Shown here in pieces: positions 1-8,614 of a DNA stretch of 42,047 bases. Source of the stretch: Frankiaceae bacterium (GTDB taxonomy: Bacteria; Actinomycetota; Actinomycetes; Mycobacteriales; SCTD01); NCBI GenBank assembly GCA_031424715.1, contig JANPHZ010000005.1, positions 1-42,047 of the forward strand, in the 5' to 3' direction. Made by a program: the position numbers and the translations under genes. The stretch's first letter is position 1, and every line of letters starts with the position of its first letter. The notes under the pieces are model-generated. The model was not told the DNA's origin. It made no database searches and saw only the letters and a list, made by a program, of their open reading frames with translations.

Positions 1-157
1 AGCGGACCAGGGCTCCGGGTAGGCGTCGTGCTTCGGCGAGCGCGCCGGCGGCGGGGCCGTCGGGTGCTCGACCTTGCTGGAGCTGGGCTGCGGCCGGCAC
101 CGCGGTGAGGCCGGTCAGCAGCGCGGTCACGGCGACCGCAGCTCTTCCTCTGGTCAT
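1..157 (-). CDS. Partial CDS: N-terminus of a putative secreted protein
   Basis: Hand translation from the ATG at 157 (minus strand) gives MTRGRAAVAVTALLTGLTAVPAAAQLQQGRAPD..., a signal-peptide-like start. A GGGGGA run precedes the ATG. The ORF runs off the window edge and is not in the ORF track. Confidence 0.35.
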   Translation of the reverse strand, partial: MTRGRAAVAVTALLTGLTAVPAAAQLQQGRAPDGPAAGALAEARRLPGALVR

Positions 158-297
158 GTGTTCCCCCGTGCAACAGGCGGTGGGTGGGGGTCCCCGGGCA
201 AGCAGGCCCGGCCCGCACTGCGGCGGCGAGGGTAAGGCGGGTCACCGCCTCGAACTGTCGGCCTGCAGACACTTCTGCCGGGTGTGTCACCGTCTGG

Positions 298-645
298 TCA
301 GGCGCCCTGGCGCTCCTCGCCGGTGTCGAAGAACGCGTCGAGGTAGTCCTCGGTGTCGAGGTCGCTGTCGCGCATGAGAGAGAAGACCTCGCTGCCGTGG
401 CCGGGGGCCTCGGCCAGTCGGTAGGCCTGGGCCAGGCCAAGGTAGAGGGCCTCGACGTCGTCGGCGTAGTCGCGCGCCTCCTGCTCGGCCAGCGCGATTG
501 CGGTGTCGAAACCCGAGGCCCGCCACAGCGTGACCCGCTCCTCGTACGTCATCGCCTCGGCGTCCTCGCCTTCCCCGGAGGTCGGCGCCGCGGACGGCAC
601 CGCGAAGACGCAGCGGACGGAGAACCAGTCGAGGGCGAGCTCCAT
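298..645 (-). CDS. Small acidic hypothetical protein (possibly DUF4288-like)
   Basis: 115-aa ORF directly downstream of fprA on the same strand. Its composition is balanced (not Arg/Pro-rich). The N-terminal WFSVRCVFAV pattern resembles DUF4288 from memory only. Confidence 0.5.
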   Translation of the reverse strand: MELALDWFSVRCVFAVPSAAPTSGEGEDAEAMTYEERVTLWRASGFDTAIALAEQEARDYADDVEALYLGLAQAYRLAEAPGHGSEVFSLMRDSDLDTEDYLDAFFDTGEERQGA

Positions 646-677
646 CCGCGCACCCTAGGGGCGCGTGGCCGGTGCGA

Positions 678-2060
678 CTAGGCCGTCCCCCGCGAGACGT
701 CGATCATCGTCTGCCGGTCGACGACCTTGACCCGCTCGCGGACGGTGCCGTCGGGCAGCTCGCCGTACGCCGCTCCGAGCTCCTTCTCGTGGGCGTCGAG
801 GCGGTCCCAGCCCTCCCACGTCGTGTAGACGACGCCGCGGCTCTCGAGGAACTCCGTGACCGCCTCGAGCTGCGGCTCGGGGGCAGTCGGCAGGGAGGCG
901 AGATCCTCGAGCAGGCTGCCGACGGTCTCGATCGCGTCGCCCTTGGTGTGGCCGATCAGGCCGACCGGACCGCGCTTGACCCAGCCGTTGACGTAGAGGC
1001 CCGGCAGGTGCGCGCCGCTGATGTCGAGGACGCGGCCCTTGGCGTGCGGGACCACGTGGTTGCTGGAGTCCCACGGCAGGTCGACCAGCTCGCTGGAGCG
1101 GTAGCCCACGCAGCGGTAGACGGCCTGGACCGGCCAGTCGCGGACGACCCCGGTGCCGCGGACGTTGCCATCGCCGGTGAGCTCGGTGCGCTCGGTGCGG
1201 AAACCCTCGACCTTGCCGTCGCCGGTGACCTCGACGGGGCTCTCGAAGAAGTGCAGCCACAGTTTGCGCGGTCGCTCGCCGAGGCCGTGCTCGGCGGTGC
1301 GCATGGCGTAGCGCTCCAGCTCGCGTACGACGAGCTTGGTCTGGTTGTCGGAGTTGATCGCGGCGACGGAGCCGTCGTCGTACTCGATGTCCTCGGGGTT
1401 GACCAGGACCTCGACGTGGGGGGAGTGGTCGAGCTCGCGCAGCTCGAGTGGGGTGAACTTCGCCTGCGCCGGGCCGCGGCGCGCGAAGACGTGGACCTCC
1501 TCGACGGGCGAGGCCTTGAGGCCGTCGTAGATGTGAGCCGGGATCTCGGTCTTGAGCAGCTCGTCGGCGGTCTTCGACAACATGCGCGCGACGTCGAGGC
1601 CGACGTTGCCGGCGCCGATGACGGCGATGCTGCGGGCCTCGAGCGGCCACTCGCGCGACACGTCGGGGTGGCCGTCGAACCAGCTGACGAAGTCCGCGCC
1701 GCCGAAGCTGCCGGGCAGGTCGATGCCGGGGATGTCGAGGTCGCGGTCCTTCTCGGCGCCGGTGGTGAAGACGACGGCGTCGTAGTGGCGCTGGAGGTCC
1801 TCGAGCGTGATGTCCACGCCGTACTCCACGTTGCCGAACAGCCGGACCGTCTCGCGGCTCATGACCTGGCGCAACGCGGTGATGATGCCCTTGATCCGCG
1901 GGTGGTCGGGCGCGACGCCGTAGCGGATCAGGCCGTAGGGGGCGGGCAGCTTCTCGAACAGGTCGACGGTCGCGTCGGTCCCCGACTTGTGCAGGACGTC
2001 GGCGACGTAGACGCCGGCCGGACCAGCGCCGACGACGGCAACCCGAAGGGGCCGGTCCAC
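678..2060 (-). CDS. fprA: Ferredoxin-NADP+ reductase, adrenodoxin-reductase type (FprA-like)
   Basis: 460-aa ORF with an N-terminal dinucleotide fold VAVVGAGPAGVY and a second IAVIGAGNVGLDVARML motif. The GWVKRGPVGLIGHTKGDA region is typical of mycobacterial FprA / AdR-type reductases. Confidence 0.85.
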   Translation of the reverse strand: MDRPLRVAVVGAGPAGVYVADVLHKSGTDATVDLFEKLPAPYGLIRYGVAPDHPRIKGIITALRQVMSRETVRLFGNVEYGVDITLEDLQRHYDAVVFTTGAEKDRDLDIPGIDLPGSFGGADFVSWFDGHPDVSREWPLEARSIAVIGAGNVGLDVARMLSKTADELLKTEIPAHIYDGLKASPVEEVHVFARRGPAQAKFTPLELRELDHSPHVEVLVNPEDIEYDDGSVAAINSDNQTKLVVRELERYAMRTAEHGLGERPRKLWLHFFESPVEVTGDGKVEGFRTERTELTGDGNVRGTGVVRDWPVQAVYRCVGYRSSELVDLPWDSSNHVVPHAKGRVLDISGAHLPGLYVNGWVKRGPVGLIGHTKGDAIETVGSLLEDLASLPTAPEPQLEAVTEFLESRGVVYTTWEGWDRLDAHEKELGAAYGELPDGTVRERVKVVDRQTMIDVSRGTA

Positions 2061-2186
2061 TGTTGTCCTCCCGGGCAGACGTGGCAGAGCAAGGGCTCCA
2101 GTATCGCCGAGTAATCCGCCGCCCGCCTGTGGGCTGGCTCACGCCCGCCGCCCGTCGCTCGGCCCGGGGGTGGCACGCTGACCGGC

Positions 2187-2738
2187 ATGAGCATCGACCA
2201 GCCGGCCGCCGCCGAGGCCGTGCGCGCCCTGCTGGTCGCGCTCGGCCAGGACCTGACGAACGAGTCTCTCGCGCAGACACCCCAGCGGGTGGCGGCGGCC
2301 TACGCCGAGCTGTTGGCGCCGCACTCGTTCGACCTGACGACCTTCCCCAACGACGAGGGCTATGACGAGCTGGTCGTTGCCCGCGACATCCCCTTCTCGT
2401 CGCTGTGTGAGCACCACCTGTTGCCGTTCGTCGGTGTCGCGCACGTCGCCTACATGCCCGGTGACCGGATCCTCGGGCTCTCCAAGCTGGCCCGCGTCGT
2501 CGAGCTGTTCGCCCGCCGCCTGCAGGTCCAGGAGCGGCTGACCAAGCAGGTGGCCACGTGGTTGCAGGACCACGTGCAGCCGCGCGGTGTCGGCGTCGTC
2601 CTCGAGGCCGAGCACATGTGCATGAGCATCCGGGGAGTGCGGGCGACCGGCGCGAAGACGGTCACCTCCGCGCTCTACGGCTCGTTGCGCAACGACCCCC
2701 GGACCCGCCAGGAGTTCCTGTCGCTGACCGCTCGGTAG
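2187..2738 (+). CDS. folE: GTP cyclohydrolase I
   Basis: 183-aa ORF with the FolE signature SLCEHHLLPF and HMCMSIRGV. Size and overall pattern are typical. Confidence 0.9.
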   Translation: MSIDQPAAAEAVRALLVALGQDLTNESLAQTPQRVAAAYAELLAPHSFDLTTFPNDEGYDELVVARDIPFSSLCEHHLLPFVGVAHVAYMPGDRILGLSKLARVVELFARRLQVQERLTKQVATWLQDHVQPRGVGVVLEAEHMCMSIRGVRATGAKTVTSALYGSLRNDPRTRQEFLSLTAR

Positions 2739-2748
2739 GGCGGCCGGC

Positions 2749-3015
2749 TCAGTAGCCGTGCAGATGCAGCAGGTCGGCGTCGTGGTCAAGGTCGCTGACG
2801 ATGCGCTGCGGCGGCGTCCAGCCCAGGTCCATCAGCGCCCGGTAGAGCGCCGAGCGGGCCGCGATGACCTGTTCGTCGGCGGCCAGGCTGCGGGTCAGCA
2901 GGTCGCGGTCGCCGACCTCGTGCCGGAGCCTGGCCTGCAGCCCGCTGCTGCGGACCACCGCGGCGTGGTAGGCCGCCATCAGCGGGAGCAGCGGGTCGTC
3001 CCAATCCGGATACAT
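2749..3015 (-). CDS. Hypothetical protein (88 aa)
   Basis: Internal ATG at 3015 is preceded by GAAAGGAG with 4-nt spacing. The longer 3087 start has no RBS. I recognised no family. Confidence 0.45.
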   Translation of the reverse strand: MYPDWDDPLLPLMAAYHAAVVRSSGLQARLRHEVGDRDLLTRSLAADEQVIAARSALYRALMDLGWTPPQRIVSDLDHDADLLHLHGY

Positions 3016-3119
3016 CGGACTCCTTTCGCCCCCTGTTGTGCTCATCGGTCGCGCGATCTGCCCGCTGAATGGCCGAAGGGGTGACACCGACCTGTCCCGA
3101 AAGATGACTCTTTAGGACC

Positions 3120-5450
3120 ATGCCGCTGAGCGACTTCATGATCGACAGTGAGGGGGTGATCGATGCTGACCAGACGGGTAGGTCCACCTGCCGCGAGCAA
3201 CCCCGTGGTGCCGGAGCGGGCATCGTTCTCTCGCAGGACGCCGCCGAGGCGACCCGGCGGGTGTTGCAGCTGCTCGTGCACCGGCTGGACATGGACCTGT
3301 GCTTGCTGAGCCTGCGGGTCGGCGACGACTACGTCGTGCTCGACGCCTTCGATCCGCTGTTCGGGCTGCAGCCCGGCGTGCTGGGCGCGTGGTCGGACGC
3401 GCTCTGCTCGGCGATGGCGGACGGCACCGGACCCCGGGTCGCCCCTGACCTGCGCGACGTACCGGTCTACAGGCGGCTGGCCGAGCGCTCGGGCCTGCCG
3501 GTCAGGGCCTACGCCGGCACACCGCTGTTCGACGCCGACGGCGAGCTGCTCGGCTCCCTGTGCGCCTTTGGCGTCAAGCCGCGTGGACCCGTGCTGCACG
3601 ACCAGTACGCCCTGCTCAGCACCTTCGGGCTGGTCCTGGCCCACATGCTCGACCGCGAGCTCACGGCCCAGCAGGCGCGTACGGCGGAGACGGCCGCCAT
3701 CACGCAGGCCCAGACGGACACCCTGACCGGCGCCCTCAACCGGCGCGGCTGGCAGGGCGTGCTGCAGGAGACCGACCGGTGGTGCCGGGTCGAGGGCCAG
3801 CAGGCAACCGTCTTCGTCATCGACGTCGACGAGCTCAAGGCGACCAACGACCGTGAGGGTCACGACGCCGGAGACGCGCTCCTGCAGCGCGCTGCCTCGG
3901 CCCTCACCGACACGGCCATCCTGTGCTCGCTCCGGCGCGACGAGCTGGGCCTTCCCCCCTCACCGACGTCGTACGCCGTCGCCCGCACGGGGGGTGACGA
4001 GTTCGCCGTGCTGCTCACCCGGTTCGGGCCGCTGGAGGCCCCGCACATCGCGCAGGAGCTGCGTCGCGCGCTGACCGACGCCGGGGTCAGCGCCAGCCTG
4101 GGTTACGCGATGCGCCACCCGGTCCGTGGGCTGGCGCTCGCCTGCCGCGACGCCGACCAGCTGATGCTGGCCGAGAAGCGCCACCGGCAGAGCCTGCGCA
4201 GCATCCCGGCTCCGCGCAACGGGCGTGCCCGCGCGCACCGAGCCGGCTCGATGCTGACGGCGGCCGCGCTGCAGGCCGAACGCGACGAGGCGCCGGCCCA
4301 GGCGGTGGGACGGCTGCTCAGCCGCGTGCGCGAGCTCTTCGGCCTCGAGACGGCCTTTGTCAGCCGGTTTGACGACGACCAGCAGACCTTCACCCACATC
4401 AACACCTCGGTGCCGTTGCCCATCGCCGTCGGCGACCAGCGCCCGCTGACGATCTCGCTGTGCCAGCACGTGCTGGCCGGTCGCCTGCCAACGGTGATCA
4501 CCGACGCGACCACGCACCCGGTGAGCGCCGACATCGACGTGGTGCGGGCCGGGCTCGTCCGGGCCTACCTCAGCGTCCCGGTGAACCTGCCGGACGGTTC
4601 GCTGTACGGCACCCTGTGCTGCCTGTCCGCCTCCCGGCGCCCGGACATCACCGAGCAGGCCGCGGCGGCGCTCGCCTTCGCCGCCGAGCAGGTCGGCGAG
4701 CTGCTCGGCCGGCAGCAGAAAGAGAGCGCGGGTCGGGTGACCGCGACTGCCCGCCTGGATGACCTGCTGGCCACGGACGGGCTACGCGTCGCCCTGCAGC
4801 CGGTGGTGGACCTGCGTACCGGCCAGCCGGTCGGTGCTGAGGCGCTGGCCCGCTTCGCCGACGGCCGTACGCCGGACGTGTGGTTCGACGAAGCGGCCAT
4901 GGCCGATCAGTCGGAACGGCTGGAGGTAGCAGCTTTCGACGCCGCCCTCGCGCACGTCACGGCTCGGGACACCTTCTTGGCCGTCAACCTCTCGCCGGCC
5001 GTGCTGATGTCGAAAGCGCTGCGAGCCCGGCTGGACCGGGTCGTCGCCGAGGATCCCCAGCGGTTGCACGGGCTGGTCATCGAGCTGACCGAGCACGAGC
5101 AGGTCAGCGACTACGGCGCGCTCGCTGCCGTGATGGCGCCGTACCGCGCGCATGGTCTGCGGCTGTCTGTCGATGACACCGGAGCCGGTCACAGCAGCCT
5201 GAGTCACGTGCTGCAGCTGCGTCCGGACATGATGAAGCTCGACCGGCAGCTCATCACGGCGCTGGACCGCGACCCGATCCGGCGCGCTCTCGTCAAGAGC
5301 TTGGGACTGTTCTGCGCCGACACGCAGGTCGACCTCATCGCCGAGGGGGTCGAGACCGCGCAAGAGGCCGAGGCGCTCCGCCGCATCGGCGTGCACCTGG
5401 GTCAGGGCTTCCACCTCGGACGCCCCGCCATACCGGTTCGGCCCGCCTGA
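3120..5450 (+). CDS. Multidomain c-di-GMP turnover protein: GAF - GGDEF - GAF-like - EAL
   Basis: 776 aa. The GGDEF active-site motif is intact (ARTGGDEFAV) and the EAL motif is present (GAEALARF). Downstream EAL-domain blocks are present (ELTEHE, SVDDTGAGHSSL, IAEGVET). The N-terminal and central sensor regions are GAF-like. Confidence 0.85.
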   Translation: MPLSDFMIDSEGVIDADQTGRSTCREQPRGAGAGIVLSQDAAEATRRVLQLLVHRLDMDLCLLSLRVGDDYVVLDAFDPLFGLQPGVLGAWSDALCSAMADGTGPRVAPDLRDVPVYRRLAERSGLPVRAYAGTPLFDADGELLGSLCAFGVKPRGPVLHDQYALLSTFGLVLAHMLDRELTAQQARTAETAAITQAQTDTLTGALNRRGWQGVLQETDRWCRVEGQQATVFVIDVDELKATNDREGHDAGDALLQRAASALTDTAILCSLRRDELGLPPSPTSYAVARTGGDEFAVLLTRFGPLEAPHIAQELRRALTDAGVSASLGYAMRHPVRGLALACRDADQLMLAEKRHRQSLRSIPAPRNGRARAHRAGSMLTAAALQAERDEAPAQAVGRLLSRVRELFGLETAFVSRFDDDQQTFTHINTSVPLPIAVGDQRPLTISLCQHVLAGRLPTVITDATTHPVSADIDVVRAGLVRAYLSVPVNLPDGSLYGTLCCLSASRRPDITEQAAAALAFAAEQVGELLGRQQKESAGRVTATARLDDLLATDGLRVALQPVVDLRTGQPVGAEALARFADGRTPDVWFDEAAMADQSERLEVAAFDAALAHVTARDTFLAVNLSPAVLMSKALRARLDRVVAEDPQRLHGLVIELTEHEQVSDYGALAAVMAPYRAHGLRLSVDDTGAGHSSLSHVLQLRPDMMKLDRQLITALDRDPIRRALVKSLGLFCADTQVDLIAEGVETAQEAEALRRIGVHLGQGFHLGRPAIPVRPA

Positions 5451-5470
5451 GCACTGCTCGGCGGGCCGAA
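5435..5470. terminator. Hairpin between convergent genes (bidirectional terminator candidate)
   Basis: Perfect 12-bp inverted repeat: GTTCGGCCCGCC (5435-5446) and GGCGGGCCGAAC (5459-5470). The 12-nt loop contains the GGDEF-EAL stop codon. Confidence 0.55.
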
Positions 5471-5478
5471 CCTGCAGG

Positions 5479-6264
5479 TCAAGCGATGCGACCGACCGCG
5501 TAGGTGGACGAGTAGATCCGGCGCAGCTGGACGTTCTTGCCGGCGCGCGGCGCGTCCCACATGTAGCCGTTACCGGCGTAGATGCCGACGTGGCCGTTGG
5601 AGTCCATGAAGACCAGGTCTCCGACGCGCACGTCGGCGCGGGCGATCGGGCGGGCCATGTCGCGCTGGGCGGCCGCGTTGTGCGGGAGGTTGCGCCCGAA
5701 CTGCGCGAACACGTAGCGGGTGAAGCCGCTGCAGTCGAAGGAGTTCGGGCCGACGGCGCCGTAGACGTAGGGCTTGCCGTTGTGCCGGGCCGCCTCGTCG
5801 ACGATGCGCCGACCGAACTCCTCGACGTCGATGATGTCGGTCTGGCTGGTGGCCGTACTGCGGTAGGCGGATCCGCGGTAGTAGGCCCGGATGCGCTGGT
5901 CGCGCTTGACCGTGAGCGAGCTGCGGCCCAGGCCCTCGGAGTCGGTGCCGGCCTTGGCGATCGTGCGCCAGCCGCGACCCTCGGGGATCTGGATCTCGAC
6001 GATGCCGTTGCGGACGTACTCACCGTCGCTGGTCAGGCGCACCGTGACCGGCGCCTGGCCCGGCGGAATGGGCCGGGCGGGAGCGGCGACCCGCACCGCA
6101 GCGGTGGTGGGTTCGGCAGCGTGGGCGGGGGTGGTGGCGGCCAGCGGGATCAGGAAACCGCCGACGGCCGAGGCGGCGGCCACCCGGCCGGGCACCTGGG
6201 ACGGACGGGCGTGCTTGGGCTGGTGGGCGGGCAGGGCATGGCGAGCCCGCTTGGGGTTGCGCAT
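5479..6264 (-). CDS. NlpC/P60 (C40) peptidoglycan endopeptidase, secreted
   Basis: The C-terminal domain has the catalytic Cys context DCSGFTRYVF and HVGIY. The N-terminus is signal-like (VGGFLIPLAATTPAHA). I chose the start at ATG 6264 (MRNPKRA...); the longer track start at 6417 would run through the riboswitch-like leader. Confidence 0.85.
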   Translation of the reverse strand: MRNPKRARHALPAHQPKHARPSQVPGRVAAASAVGGFLIPLAATTPAHAAEPTTAAVRVAAPARPIPPGQAPVTVRLTSDGEYVRNGIVEIQIPEGRGWRTIAKAGTDSEGLGRSSLTVKRDQRIRAYYRGSAYRSTATSQTDIIDVEEFGRRIVDEAARHNGKPYVYGAVGPNSFDCSGFTRYVFAQFGRNLPHNAAAQRDMARPIARADVRVGDLVFMDSNGHVGIYAGNGYMWDAPRAGKNVQLRRIYSSTYAVGRIA

Positions 6265-6271
6265 GACGGTC

Positions 6272-6492
6272 GAGACCTCTCGTGCGCCTGCGGGGTGAGC
6301 TGTCGGGCTCGGGCGGAGAGTGCCCGGCAGCCGGTGGTCCGGCTGCTTAGCCCCGAGGCCGTCCTGGTTGCGGACCGGCCGTGGAGAGGTGGTTCCCCCG
6401 TTCCCGCCCAGGGACATGGGAGCGCCTGTCAGGGACCAGGGGCGGGACTCGGCGTCTGGTCGGCGCGGTTCGGCTTCCAGTCTGCGCGATGA
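6272..6492 (-). promoter_or_regulatory. ydaO/yuaA-type cyclic-di-AMP riboswitch candidate in the NlpC/P60 leader
   Basis: The minus-strand leader contains ACGGGGGAACCAC (plus 6389-6401) and CGGGGCUAAGC. Its 3' block is CCCGAGCCCGACAGCUCACCCCGCAGGCG (plus 6285-6313). This matches my recollection of the conserved ydaO 3' block (CCGAAUCCGACAGCUAACCUCGUAAGCG). It ends about 15 nt before the RBS/ATG. Boundaries are approximate. Confidence 0.65.
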
Positions 6493-6643
6493 ACGACGGA
6501 CAAGCAGGGCGTGTCGCGGTGGGAAACGTCACACAATCGTGACAACGACCGGCGAGGACGTGACCGGCACCGGGCGCGCGGTGCTCCGGGACGACCTGAC
6601 AGGCTTGGCCCCAGGACCGCACCACTGAGCAAGGGGCTGCCGG

Positions 6644-8614
6644 ATGGGTGACGACGTGGACACGCTGGCGCAGGCCCTCGAGGGCCCGCACGCGCAGGTC
6701 TGGCGCCAGGTGCGGGAGCGATTGTCCGAGCCGGCTTTCGCGCTGGCGCTGGGTCTGTCGGCGTACGAGCAGCGCGACCGAGTGAGTGCCCAGATGGCGG
6801 CCCTGGTCGGGGACCCGCTGGTCATCGCCGGCTTCCCGAAGCGCTTCGGCGGCTCGGACGACGTCGCCTCCTTCGTGACCGGCTTCCAGGGTCTGGCGAT
6901 GGGTGACCTGTCGCTGCTGGTCAAGGTCGGCGTGCAGTACGGCCTGTTCGCCGGCGCCCTCCTGCAGCTCGGTACCGAGCGACAGCACGAGGAGTTCCTG
7001 CGGCCGGCGCTGGACTTCAGCCTGCCCGGCTGCTTCGCGATGAGCGAGGTCACCCATGGCAGCGACGTGGCCGGCGTGCGGACGACGGCGGTGCACGACG
7101 CGGAAACCGACGAGATCGTCGTGCACACCCCCGACCCGGCGGCCGCGAAGAACTGGATCGGCAACGCGGCACGGGACGGCCGCGCCGCCGTCGTGTTCTG
7201 CCAGCTCACGACGCAGGGCGAGGAGCGCGGCGTGCACGCGGTCGTCGTGCCACTGCGCGCTGCGGACGGCGCACTGCTGCCGGGGGTGACGGCAGTCGGA
7301 GACGGCCTGAAGATGGGGCTGAACGGGGTCGACAACGGGCTGCTGATGTTCGACCAGGTGCGGGTCCCGCGGCGCAACCTGCTCGACCGCTTCGCCCAGG
7401 TCGCCTCGGACGGCACCTACGCCAGCACCATCGAGTCACCCGCGCGCCGCTTCTTCACCATGCTCGGCACGCTCGTCCAGGGACGGGTCAGCATCGCCGG
7501 GGCCGGCGTCGCGGTCAGCAAGGTGGCGCTCACCATCGCGGTGCAGCACGGGCTGACCCGCCGGCAGTTCTCCGCTCCGGGTCGCGAGGAGGAGGTGCTG
7601 CTGCTCGACTACACGGCGCACCAGCGCCGGCTACTGCCCCTGGTCGCGACGACCTACGTGCTGCACGCGGCGCAGTCGCGACTCGTCGCCGATCTCGCCC
7701 GGGTCCTGGCCAGCCCGGCCGACGAGGACGAGCGGCGCGAGCTCGAGACGCGCGCGGCGGGGCTCAAGGCGGTCTCGACCTGGCACGCCACCGAGTCGGT
7801 GCAGCAGGCTCGTGAGGCCTGCGGCGGTGCCGGCTACCTCGCGGCCTACCGACTGCCCTCGCTCAAGGCCGACAGCGACATCTTCGCGACCTTCGAGGGC
7901 GACAACACCGTGCTGCTGCAGCTCGTCGCCAAGAACCTGCTCGTCGGCTTCCGCGGTGAGCTCGAGTCGATGGACCTGCTCGACACGGTGCGGATGATCG
8001 CCGAGCAGGCGGGCGAGCAGGTGCTCGAGCGCACCGGTGTGCGGCAGGTGCTGCAGCGCCTCGCCGGGGTGCTCCCGGGCCAGGATGCCGCCGAGGACCT
8101 GCGCGACCACGACGTGCAGCTCGGGCTGCTCGCCTGGCGCGAGGAGCACCTGCTGACCTCCGTGCTGGCCCGACTGCGCAAGCGCGCCAACGAGGGCCTG
8201 GACGCCTTCTCGGTGTTCGACGCGGTGCAGGACCACGCGCTTCTCGCCGGACGCGCGTTCGTCGACCGGGTCGCCCACGAGTGCGCCACCGACCTGCTCG
8301 ACAGCACGGACGGCGAGACCCACGAGCTGCTGCAGACGGTCGTGGCGCTGCACGGCCTGCGACTGCTCGAACGCGACCGGGGTTGGTACGTCGAACACGG
8401 CCGTCTCTCGGCCACGCGCACGAAGGTCCTGCCCGCGCTGGTCACCGAGCTCTCCGGCGAGCTACGCCCGCACGCGGCGCGGCTCATCGACGCGTGGGGC
8501 GTCCCCGCCGCAATGCTCGTCGACCCGGCCGTCGTCGCGCGTCACGTGACGGGGACCGGACCCCTGACGCGCGACTCGGTCCCCGACATCTCCGTGGAAC
8601 CGTCCGACTCCTGA
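6644..8614 (+). CDS. Acyl-CoA oxidase / long acyl-CoA dehydrogenase family protein
   Basis: 656 aa with an ACAD-like core (FAMSEVTHGSDV, TFEGDNTVLL). The long helical C-terminal extension is typical of ACOX-type enzymes. Confidence 0.75.
   Translation: MGDDVDTLAQALEGPHAQVWRQVRERLSEPAFALALGLSAYEQRDRVSAQMAALVGDPLVIAGFPKRFGGSDDVASFVTGFQGLAMGDLSLLVKVGVQYGLFAGALLQLGTERQHEEFLRPALDFSLPGCFAMSEVTHGSDVAGVRTTAVHDAETDEIVVHTPDPAAAKNWIGNAARDGRAAVVFCQLTTQGEERGVHAVVVPLRAADGALLPGVTAVGDGLKMGLNGVDNGLLMFDQVRVPRRNLLDRFAQVASDGTYASTIESPARRFFTMLGTLVQGRVSIAGAGVAVSKVALTIAVQHGLTRRQFSAPGREEEVLLLDYTAHQRRLLPLVATTYVLHAAQSRLVADLARVLASPADEDERRELETRAAGLKAVSTWHATESVQQAREACGGAGYLAAYRLPSLKADSDIFATFEGDNTVLLQLVAKNLLVGFRGELESMDLLDTVRMIAEQAGEQVLERTGVRQVLQRLAGVLPGQDAAEDLRDHDVQLGLLAWREEHLLTSVLARLRKRANEGLDAFSVFDAVQDHALLAGRAFVDRVAHECATDLLDSTDGETHELLQTVVALHGLRLLERDRGWYVEHGRLSATRTKVLPALVTELSGELRPHAARLIDAWGVPAAMLVDPAVVARHVTGTGPLTRDSVPDISVEPSDS

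Noticed and set aside
655-2280. Long alternative-frame and antisense ORFs overlapping well-supported genes. Examples: 655..2280 (-), 672..2114 (+), 3042..3863 (-), 4782..6023 (-), 6347..7237 (-), 8767..10512 (+), 17391..18824 (+), 21215..22225 (-), 23989..25314 (-), 25723..26727 (+), 30177..31187 (-), 30695..32311 (+), 33486..34745 (+) and 34842..36395 (-).
   Set aside because: Their translations are dominated by Arg/Pro/Gly/Ala runs, as expected when high-GC DNA is read out of frame. Each is fully overlapped by an ORF with clear family motifs, and none carries a recognisable domain. Only the last 130 codons of 30695..32311 were kept, as a separate low-confidence gene.
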